Positions 27,015 to 37,072 of a DNA stretch of 64,000 nucleotides are shown piece by piece; position 1 is the stretch's first letter; each line of letters begins with the position of its first letter. Under the pieces are notes generated by a model. That model saw only the letters and a list, made by a program, of their open reading frames with translations. It was not told the DNA's origin and searched no databases. Made by a program: the position numbers and the translations under genes. Source of the stretch: Camelus dromedarius (Eukaryota); NCBI RefSeq assembly GCF_036321535.1, contig NC_087436.1:18664001-18728000 (forward strand), written 5' to 3'.

Positions 27015-27225
27015 TCTGAAGCCAGAACGTGGATTCAAATCTCAGCTCTGGTACTTAACTGTGTGATCTCGGACAAGCCACTTAACCGTTCTGAGCTTCA
27101 AGTTCCTCATGTGTAAATGAGGGTAATATCACCTGTCTCACAAATTGTTGTAAAAATTAAATGAGTTAATGTATATAAAATACTTAAGTAGCCAGTGGCA
27201 TGTGATAAGCACTTAATACATGCTG
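27015..27225 (+). mobile_element. MIR SINE (next to L2 remnants ~26180-26990)
   Basis: ggattcaaatctcagctctg...tgtgatctcggacaagccacttaacc...gttcctcatgtgtaaatgagggtaata. Confidence 0.8.
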
Positions 27226-28557
27226 GATACATGGTGGGGATGGCGATTTTGATGATGATAATGATGATGACACCATGACAAAGTAGGTCTTCTTTGACTA
27301 TCTGACATGCCTCCTCTTAACTCAGTGTTTATTGACTAAATTACTCATTTAGTAATTATTCATTTAGTAAGTGGCAGAATGATTTCTTGTGTTGGTAGTT
27401 ATCTTTTAAACTAAGTATTATCTCCTCTTTTAGATGCTAACTTTTTCAGGAAAATGGGGGAATCTACCTGCCACTTCTATGTGAAGGCTACAAAGGGCCT
27501 AAAAACATAGCTAGTGTCTGAGGACTGAGAGGTGATGGACAGTGATCACCAAGTGAAAAGTCAAGAAATCTGGTTGAAGAGTAGAACAAAGTACTTCTGC
27601 TACTTACCTAAGATGAGGTCAATCTGGATAGATCTTGGGGCATAAGCTGATGTCAAAAATACACATAAACCAAAATCCCCTTCCAAATGTTTTTAAGTAA
27701 TTTGGACTTTGAAACAATGAAAGAAAGAACTGAAACATATTCTTATATTCCCTACAAATATTTAACAATAGTCTTCATTGGCTGGAACGTATAATTTATT
27801 TTTTTAGAGAAAAGTTTTTTTTTTCCTTTGAGAAATACTCTTTCTGGCTACAATTTTTAAAATAACAACCAGGGCTATAGGGCACTGAAAAGGATCTCTG
27901 TTACTATATCTACTAAGATTTGGCTAGAATAAGGGAAAAGTTATCAAGAACCACTGGCTGCCAAGAAGTAATGATTCTGGTATTAACTGACATGTCTGGG
28001 CTGAACTGTCTTCAGAGACAGTGGTTAAAGTAACAAAGAGGTAATAATTATTTACTCCAAAGAGCAATATGCTTAGTCTTGGCAGTCTTACAATGAATAA
28101 AATGTTCAATAAATAGTTTTTATTTAAATAGAATCTTCAACACTCTTCATTAAATTTAGGAGAAAATCTTCTAGTGACTAGGCCAAAAGGAGGTAAAAAA
28201 TTTCAGGTAATAAATTTTGGAAAGTTAGGTCAGCCAGAGCTATGCTCAACCTCTGTTTATGGTCATAAATAATCACCTAGCTTTGCCTGCCATTAATTTT
28301 CTTTTCTAAAATGACTGTAGTAGTTTTTTGGGTTTTTTTTCCCTACAAAGAAGAAATCTATTGCAAACTGGCAGTGTGACCTTAACTTAGTACCACTTTG
28401 GGCCTCAGCTTAACTATCTATAAAATTGGAGTAGAATTCAGCAATCTCTAAGGGGCATTGCTACACTAAGACACCAGCGTGGTGCACCAGTACAGGCTTT
28501 CTCCTCTATTTTATTTGACTGTCTGTATTTCTTTGCAGGTACCCTAAGTAGAGATTT

Positions 28558-28722
28558 ATCTCTTTCTCTCCTTCCTTCCGCAACTCTCCTTCTTCCTTCC
28601 TTCCTTTTTCTTCTTTCTCTTTCTTTTCGTCCTCTTTCCCTCCCTCCTACTTCCTTCCCTCCCTTCTCTCTCTCCCCCATCCTTTCCTTTTTTCCCTCTC
28701 TCCCTCTGTGCCCCCTCCTCCA
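28558..28722. repeat. CT-rich polypyrimidine low-complexity tract
   Basis: About 160 nt almost entirely C/T. Confidence 0.9.
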
Positions 28723-30777
28723 GTCCCTATAAATGTATCAGTGATCTTTGTAAAAGGCACTGTGCAAGGGATTTTGTGTATTATTCCACTTAACCTCTCC
28801 TCATAAATTCTACTTATTTTACGAATGAAGAACCTGAGGCTCAGGGAAGCTTTGTAACTCGTCCCATATCATAGAACCAGTGAGTGGTAAAAGCGGGGTT
28901 CACATCCAGGTGCATCCAACTCCAAATCCAAGCTCTTTCTACCTGCTTTTCTCTTCATATTGTCTTTCTCTCCTCTTTCCTTAGTTCTGGACAGAATCAC
29001 CTATCATGTCTATCCCTTTTCTTTCCTCTTTGGCTGTGGTAGCAATGGTCACAAGGCTTTAAATCCTCATGTGGGTGTAATTATTTCTGTTCTTATGTAA
29101 CACACACTCAATATAGTATACATTCTACAATTATTCCTGCTAAACTCTAAATAACCCCTTGGATCTCCAGAATGTAGTCTGTGTAAGTTGTTTTTTCCCC
29201 TTTAGTTCTTGAATTTTGCTTTTAAAGCAGGATTTTCAGCAAAACTTCTAAAATTCACCTTTTCCTTGAAAATTCACCTGCATTATGTTTCGTGTCCTTC
29301 ATAGGTGACACCCTTTCCCTTAATATCTGTCCTCTCTTGTTTTGTCTCTTGCTATAAGCCTGTATCTTTCACGTCTTAATCTTTTCTATAATGCCTTTGC
29401 ATGTGCCAGTGTTCCACTTTTGTAGAGACACTTTTCTCCATCTTTCCAAGGAAAGAGAAAACCATTCCCCTATTTCTGACATTAAAATGGAAACAAACCC
29501 ACTATATGCCAAAAAATTTTGGACTATAGTAAAATATGTAAGCTATTTTAAAATCCCATTGGCACTATCATTCTTTGGGGAATGCTCACTTATTTATGGA
29601 GCTGGAGATAGTTTCTTGTATCCCTTAGTAGATATGAAGATGAAAAGCAGTTCTACAGGGTGCCACCACGGACTGGCATCTGCCTTTGATTAAAATGATA
29701 AAGTCTGCTTATGAGAAACTGAGAGAAAGAAAGACTTTGACGTATCGTCCACGTTCTTATACATTTTCCACAATAATACAATTGTAGCATCAGTCGCAGA
29801 CATATTATTAACCTCTCAGAAGTAAGAGATGAATAATACGTTTATGCCAAGATAAAAAATAGCACTCTTTAAGAAATACAAATTCAAGCTCCTTCCACGA
29901 GATCCCAACTGTTATCAATTATTGTTTAATCTAGTGATGAATGCTTTGGGGAAAATTTATTACCAGAAACAAAGGTTTTCTCCCTTGAAGCATTTGTGTG
30001 CTTTCTTTCATTGGCATGCTATAACCCCCTGTATTTTCCTTTTGGTCTTGACTGCCAGGAAGCTTGGGGCCAGGCGTGGAACTCAGTCACAGTAACTATA
30101 TTATCCTTTGTGGTTAGGATACTTGGTTCTTTCTCCTTTTCTGGTTTTAATTCCTATTTCAACAATATTTATGCCTGGTGTTAATAAAAAGCTGTATCAA
30201 CCCCCTCCTACCTTCTTTTAACTAGGCAAGAAGTAATAATAAACAAGTAAAAATGGATTGACTTCTTCAGATAAAACACAATTCATTTAATATTTTTTCC
30301 CCTCAGCGTCAAGACTGCGTCTAGGTTCTCCTTGTCTGACAGTAATTTAGAACTTGGTTTAACTTTGCATTATAGCACACATGTGCGCACAGTCTATGGC
30401 AGCCCTGCAACCAAGTCTTACATTTCTTCCTCTTGATCAGGAGAGGAGGAAGTGGTTGCTCCGTTTGACTCTTTGAATTAGCCGTGGCCTGTAGCCTTCC
30501 GAAGACCTTGCTTCTGAATTGAAGGTGCGGCTCTTTCCTGTTTCACTTCTTAATGGCTGACATCTTGGGGTGGTGGGTGTAGGGGTGGGAGAGGATGAGG
30601 TCGCACTTTCAATCTTTCCTTCTATCTTTCTGGACCAGCCAGGAGAAAATTTTCCAATCAGCGTAGCCATTTATTCTTCTCAACACTTTGTTTCTTTAGC
30701 TAAATTATTATTCTATTTAACCTAATGAACCCAAAGTTCACAATCTGCTTAAGCTCTCTGTGCCTGTATTCTTAAAA

Positions 30778-30925
30778 TGTATATATGTATGTGTATATAT
30801 ATATATATAGATATATATATACACACACACTTTTATATTTTTACTATATAATACACAAAATGTATATAATATAGATGTATATATATATCACACACACTTA
30901 TTACACATACATATCCACACATACT
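30778..30925. repeat. (TA)n/(CA)n compound microsatellite
   Basis: tatatatatatagatatatatatacacacacac... Confidence 0.9.
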
Positions 30926-33761
30926 TTTTCCAGTATTAGAATTATCAAAACTTAAAAATTGTTCTCAGTCCCACCATCTCAGTAGATTATATTGTATTTT
31001 AATATTTCTATCTAGCAAGCCAAACTCTTTTACATATATTTTAAACCTACCAAAGCAAGATGGAATTAGATTTATGAACTTTATGAGATTGTAGTACTCT
31101 TACAACCTATGTTAAAAAGGAAAGTCTTTTTCTGATGCACAGAGGTTCACATTTATAGAGCCTTGCTTTTTTTGTCTGTTTTCACTTATCTCTTTCTACT
31201 GTCTTGGTTTTCCTTTTTCCTCTCTTGTTATCAAATGTATCATTTACACCTGTTACATGTTGGCTTAATTGTACATATTAATGTTGGCTTCATCCCAAAT
31301 GTGAGAGTCAAGAAGTCTTTAGAACAACTTTGCCTTGCATTTTGGAACATCCTGTTCAGCCTGTCATTAGCGTATAGCCACGGTATTGGGGTAGTTCCCA
31401 TAAAATGTTACAACAGTGAATTCGGCATACTTCTCAGCAACTTCTGTTTCTAAGAAGTGGTTGCTGCCTGTGGCTGAACACCGTGGACTTTAGTGGAGGT
31501 ACTAGCACTTTCTCTCAAGATCGGGTGTCTCAAGATCGTGTATTTTGAGAGTTCAAAGGACCTGGACCTTTTCTTTCTTCTTGAGAAATGGACAGTCCCT
31601 TTTCCACCCTGGCTGGAGCAAGAACTCCTGCACGCCCGTAAGAATAGAGTCCTTTACTTTTACTTGACTTGGATAATTATAATCAGTGGTTGTCCTTAAG
31701 GGTTTGTCTTAAAAGAGTAAAGTTTATACTTCTAGAGGAAAAGATCCCACAGACATCTGAACTTCCTTAAACAATAAACCTAACACTCAGGGATCGCCCT
31801 CTGTCCCCTTCCCCTCCCCCTTCCTTGCCTGAACGTCCCCTGTTTCCACAGCTGGAGCTACTTGCTGCCCTCCCCTCCCCAAACTCCACGTGGTCAAGGT
31901 TTGGAAATCTTAGCCTTGCAGAGGTGGGAGTGCAGAAGGCACTCTGAGATTCTCTTCCTTTATCTATAAAAATGAGAAAAGAAAACTACCCTGCCTTCCT
32001 CACAAGGCACATGAGAATGGAATGTGGAAGTGTGTATGGAAGAGCTTTAAACAGGATTTACTCTTTCATGACAGTCTGTGAAGGGGGGACAGTCAGAGCT
32101 GACTACGGCACTTGACTGGGGAAGATTCAGTGGCAGAGTCAGCAGAGTCTTCTTGCAAGAGTAAGGAGTTCGAGGCAATTCTGGGATAGTGACTTCACCT
32201 CGATTCTTGCTAAAGTATCCCCTTCTCTGGACCCTCCTGTCCTTTTTGACTGCTCTATGTCATTTCTCTAAGGACATCTTCTCCCCTGTCTTTAGGGTCT
32301 GAAGACACTGTGCTACATCACAGAACCCCTGGGCCTTCAGAAAAACTGTTTTAGCAACTGAACCTGGACCTGTGAAACTGTCCCTCTTTGGAACTGCTTC
32401 TGTTTCTTTCCATCCTATTCCACTTTAACACTTATTTGGGCACGTGATGTGTTAGGTGCTGGAAAAATTTCACAGAGTAAATTTTTGAGTCAGAGCTCAC
32501 AAATAATGAGAAAGATACACGAGGAAGCCCATCCTGTGATGAAGCCTCTAATTTGGGTAACGATGATGTGTTCTGAAAGCACAGAGGAGAGATTCAATTC
32601 TCAGTGATCAGAGGCATGATGAAAAGTAAACTGAGGAGACTTGTGGAAGATACGGATTTTTGATGGGTCTATACCCGGGAGTGTGTTGGATTGATTCAAA
32701 GGGAGGGATGAATTTGAGAAGATGGGATGCAAGACAGGGTAGGTGAGGGTAGCAGAAGATAGGTCTAGAATGTTGAAAAGTGGGTAGGAGGCCAAGTTGT
32801 AGAAGGGGCATATTTTCACTCTATATTTTTACCTCATATGAATGAACTCACCAGTTTGACTTCCTGAATTTACATTGACTATTGGAAGCTAAATCATTTT
32901 AATCATATACTATTCTTATTCTTCCTATGAAATCCAATTAGGATAGAATTTGGTCCACGGAATCTTTCAAAGTCTGCATCAAGTGAGGAAATAAACCAAT
33001 GCTTTTATAGATTTAAATAACTGTGCTTTTGCTTAACTTTTCTCATCAATAGCTGAGAGTAACTGGTAACCGGATTTTAGTGGTATCTTGTGGAATAAGA
33101 TGTAGAGAATGTGGCTTGTAATGTTACAAGTGGGACTCCGTCTCTGACCAGATACTTAGAAAAACAAAGCCCCAAAGATTATGCCAAAGCAAAGGCAAAA
33201 ATCTGCAGTTGGATTGTAAGTTGGATATTAGTACCTGAGATTCACAAAGTTCATGGTCAGACTTTGAAATAAGTGATAAGGGAAATCAGTCCAGAAACCT
33301 GCTCCCTGCATATTTAATATTGTGAGGAGGGAGGATTTCTATAGATTTATAGCTTAATTTTTTCTCGGATAACACCACTGCAGGCTATATTCATCAGCTC
33401 TGAATATAAAATTAGGAAAAGTTAAATGCAGAAGGAACTTTCTAGTGGAAGTAAAAACATACTGTTCATAGACCATGAAGGTCATAGTCTGAAACAATTT
33501 TTTTTCCCCAAAAGATGAGCAAATTCCCTTCTCTGCCATATACCAAAGCCAGGGGAGAACTCAAGTTGGGTTTAGAAGGCCGGAAAGGCTCTTTTAATGA
33601 GAACGCTTTTCTTCTTTCAGCTTGGTTTTTTTTTTTTTTTGGAGATGCTCAGGGTAGTTGACAAATAACTCATTTATTTTCCAGATTTCCTGAGTGACCA
33701 TATCATCAGCAAAATGTAATTCCAATTCTCAGTGTCTTGGGTGGGCTTTGACAAGGGAGTG

Positions 33762-34076
33762 TGTAGGGAAAACAGAGTCAATCAGGCTCCCTCGCAGGTC
33801 GACGGCTGCCCAGTGATCCAGCAGTATTACCCCGCATGCGCGGTACCCATGTGTTGTTACGAAATGACGACTTGGTTGCGCAGGCGCAGTAGTTAGCCCA
33901 AGTAGTACACGTAGTTGGCTAGGTGCCACTTTTGTGTGCCTTGCTGTGTGAGGGCGGCGGGCCTTTCTGCCTCTTCGCAAAAAAGTCAAGTCAGAGATAC
34001 CTACGGCGGCTCGGCCAGTGCTCTTCAGTCTGCCGGAATCGTGAACCTGCCAGGCCTGGAACGCCTGCAGTAGAAC
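33762..34076 (+). mobile_element. LTR-like segment of a class III ERV (LTR18/ERV-S-like); boundaries approximate
   Basis: Lies directly 5' of a PBS and gag remnant. Blocks gcgcaggcgca, ttggctaggtgccacttttgt, agtgctcttcag and tagaac resemble the recalled LTR18 layout. Confidence 0.6.
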
Positions 34077-34094
34077 TGGCGCGGTCAGCCGGGT
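34077..34094 (+). other. Degenerate tRNA-Ser primer-binding site
   Basis: TGGCGCGGTCAGCCGGGT vs TGGCGTAGTCGGCAGGAT (complement of the tRNA-Ser 3' end): 13/18 identical, continuing with TCG. It sits 15 nt before the gag ATG. Confidence 0.7.
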
Positions 34095-34109
34095 TCGCCG
34101 CGGACAGGT

Positions 34110-34707
34110 ATGGAACCCTCTGCACCGCCGGGGGTGGATTTGAGTGGTGGCCCCCGACTCTGTGTGGTACTCGGTGGTGAGCCTTCTTTCCACTTGGGGC
34201 CGGCCTCAGGACTGGCCGGAGGTGGGTGGGCCCCCTGCCCAAGCGGAAAAGGCCCCGCAGAAGGCGAGGGAGGCCCTAGGGAAGCGGCGTGCCCGCAGGG
34301 CGGCCGGCCGCCGTGCGACGGGTGTTCCTCACAGCCCTGCGGCTGAACCCGGAACCTCGCTGGGACGCGCGGCCACGGTTCAGGAGTCACAGGGAAACGG
34401 AGAGGCTGCGGAAGCCCGCATGCGAGCCCTGGAGGAAGGCTTGCGGACCCCGGAGAGCCAACCGTGGCCCCCACCAGCGGTGGTAAACGCCTCTGAAGGA
34501 GAAGAGCCACAACTACGGGCCTGAGCAGTGGTGACGCGGAAGATGAAGCAGCAGCAGCCGCCGCCGGTGGCCCCGGGAGGACAGGCTCCTGCCCCCGGAG
34601 ATGGCTGAGCCCACGGCGTACCGCCCGTCTACTCAGAACTGGTAGAGCTGGGCAAGCAGTTCCACAGCCCAAAGCCTGGGGAGCTGTTGGCGGCCTGGCT
34701 GTTACGC
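34110..34707 (+). pseudogene. Frameshifted, truncated gag N-terminus of an ERV-S/HERV18-like (ERV-L-related) retrovirus
   Basis: Across frames: MEPSAP / WWPP / DSVWYSVVSLLSTWG..DWPEVGGPPAQAEKA / VFLTALR / EARMRALEE / EGEEPQLRA*AVVTRKMKQQQP / EPTAYRP / ELVELGKQFHSPKPGELLAAWLLR. These blocks are colinear with recalled HERV-S gag motifs (WYPVA..., AFLTALR, EEEPPLRARPVV, ELGKQ.RQ.PGEPL.AW.LR). TGA stops at 34522 and 34606. Confidence 0.8.
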
Positions 34708-35078
34708 ACGCGGGATAATATTGCTGAATCACTGGACGCAGACGTCTGGCGAGAAAGCCTGACTGACTCCATTTTCCCGTTTGTGGAAGAGAAAGGCCAT
34801 GGCTTTCCACTATCCCCTTGTCCTCGAGCAATCCCAGTGCTGATGCTCGGTGTCCCAGTCTGAAAGCTCACAGCGGCTTTGTGATTGTCAACAAGCTGAA
34901 GTGGGACAGGTGACAGGTGGCCCCCACAGTTGAGTCTACCTTTATTACAGCAACACTCTCATTCCGCTCTCCGCTGGTCTAGCTGTTGAGTTGGAGGCAA
35001 GTAGCCAGAAAGGGAGCTGGTAGGGAGGCCCCAAATACTAGGCACCTGGAGCTAAAGCTTTTATAGCCCCTTTCCCCC

Positions 35079-35603
35079 TGTGATGGGTAATTTTCTGTGT
35101 CAACATGGCTAGGCTAGGGTACCCAGTTATTTGGTCAAACAGTCTAGATATTTCTGTGAAGGTATTTTTCAGATCTGACATTTAAACCAATAGCCTTTGA
35201 GTAAAGTCGATTTCTCTGTAATGTGAGTGGGTCTCATCCAATCAGTTGAAGATCTTAAGAGCCTGAGGTCCCCCCGAAGAAGGAGGAATTTTGCCTCCAG
35301 ATTGCCTACAGACTCAAAACTCTAGTATCAGCTCTCCCTGGGGTTCCAGCCGGCCTGGCTTGTGGATTCATTCATGCTAGCCCTCACAGTCACATAAGTA
35401 AATTCCTCAAAAGAAATCCTCTCTCTCCCTCTGATAACTGATAATTAATTGATTAATATATTATAAAAACATAAATTTTATATATAATTCTCCCTTCCTT
35501 CCTTCCTCCCTCCTTTCCTTCCTTCCTTCCTTCCATCCATCCATCTGTATTTATATATATATTGCCTATTGGTTCTGTTTCTCTGGAGAACCCTGACTAA
35601 TAC
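35079..35603 (+). mobile_element. MLT2 (ERV-L) solo LTR
   Basis: tgtgatgggtaattttctgtgtcaac...ctcatccaatcagttgaa...ggttctgtttctctggagaaccctgactaatac. Confidence 0.92.
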
Positions 35604-36099
35604 TTTTTTCCTTTATTTTGGGTTGTTGCTTGTATTACGTAGTCAAGAGTTGAGTATTCCAGAGAGCAGTGAACATAAAATCATGCTCCAGATCACCTCT
35701 ACTTTTTTTTTTTTCTCACTGGTATTAGTCTCCTCATCAGGTCACAAGATGAACTGATAAAAGTGAAGGGTAGTGAGTGGCTCTGGAACGAAGCATGCAG
35801 AGTGCGGGTCTGTTCTGTTTAGCTTCAGCTGCTCTCTGTTACCCACGTTCCCCTTTTAGCTCATTAATGTCACGTTCCATTGAGGTTGAGCTGTGCTGCG
35901 CTTTGCTGGGAAGAAGGAATGTAAGCTGCTTGTTTTAATGGGTATCACGTTGTCCTGACCTATCCAATTTTTTTTTTCTAAGCAAAGATGGTTGAACTTT
36001 TAAAGATGACAGTTCAAGATTTCACTGTTTGATTTGTTTTCGACTGGAGTGAACTTTATACTACTCTTTAAATTTTTGTTTGGTAACCAAATCATCTCT

Positions 36100-36320
36100 A
36101 GTGCAGCACTGTTCAATAGAACTTTCTATGATAATGGAAATGTTCTTTCGTGCTGTCTAGTAGGGTATCCACTAGCCATTGGTGGCTATCGAGCACTTCA
36201 AATGTGGTTAATGTGGCTAACGTGGCTGAGGAACTAAATTTTAAATTTTATTTCATTTAAAGTCATTTAAATTTGAAATAGCCACATGTGGCTCGAAGTG
36301 ACCATATTGCACAACACAGA
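36100..36320. mobile_element. MER3 (hAT-Charlie MITE)
   Basis: cactgttcaatagaactttctatgataatggaaatgttct...gccacatgtggct...atattgcacaacacag. Confidence 0.88.
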
Positions 36321-36366
36321 TCCAACCGAGTCTCCAAACAGAAGTTTCCAGTTTGTTTTCACTCAA

Positions 36367-36848
36367 GTATATTAGTCAGGGTTCTCCAGAGAAACGCAAC
36401 CAGTAGGAGGATAGATAGACAGACAGACAGACAGACAGATAGATATAAGAGGAGATTATCATAGGAATTGTTCCATGTGGTTCTGCTGGGTCAGTCTCAT
36501 AATCTGCTGTCTGCAAGCTGGAGAACTAGGAAAGCCAGTGCTTTAATTCTGTCTGAGTCCTAAGGCCTGGGGATCAGGAGGCTGAGGTCCAGATGTAGGA
36601 GAAAATGGATGCTTAAGCAAAATAAGAGAATTTGTCTTTCTTCCACCTTTCTGTTCTATTCAAACCCTCAGTGGATCAGATGATGCCCGCCTGCAGGGGT
36701 GAGGGTGAGCTGCTTCACTCAGTTCTACTGATTCAAATGATAATCGATTCTGGAAAAATTCCCAGGGACACACCCAGAAATGATGTTTTCCTAGCTCTCT
36801 GGACATCCCTTCGTCCAGTCAGGTTGACACATAAAAGTAACCACCATA
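36367..36848 (-). mobile_element. MLT2 (ERV-L) solo LTR with (GACA/GATA)n
   Basis: tattagtcagggttctccagagaaac...gttgacacataaaagtaaccacca. Confidence 0.9.
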
Positions 36849-36914
36849 CCAGGTAAAAGCAAGTCTCTTTTTGTATATCAACTTAATGATACAAAATAGA
36901 ATAGATAGCCTTAC

Positions 36915-37072
36915 TGCCCGTAACTGAAGTCCTCAGACCAGGAGCATCAGCATCGTCTGAGAGTCTCCTGCAGGGGTAGATGCTGAAGCCACACCCCAGA
37001 CCTTCTGGCTCAGAATCTGCATTTTAACAAAATCTTCCATCTATAGCTCACTCACGTTTAAGAATTACTGAT
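36915..37072. mobile_element. MER5-type MITE
   Basis: agcatcagcatc...ccccagacc...cagaatctgcattttaacaa. Confidence 0.7.

Larger units (their letters stand above)
33766..34778. repeat. Imperfect inverted repeat, arms 33766-33840 and 34705-34778
   Basis: Core ccagtgatccagcagtattaccccgcatgcg (33810-33840) vs reverse complement of 34705-34735, ccagtgattcagcaatattatcccgcgtgcg: 27/31. Extends with gggaaaa..gagtca.tcaggct..ctcgc. Confidence 0.92.

Noticed and set aside
28438..28680. E/R/K/G-rich ORF
   Set aside because: Translation of a polypurine simple repeat.
34085..34831. 248-aa minus-strand ORF
   Set aside because: Antisense to the gag remnant in GC-rich DNA, with a non-ATG start and no recognisable motif.
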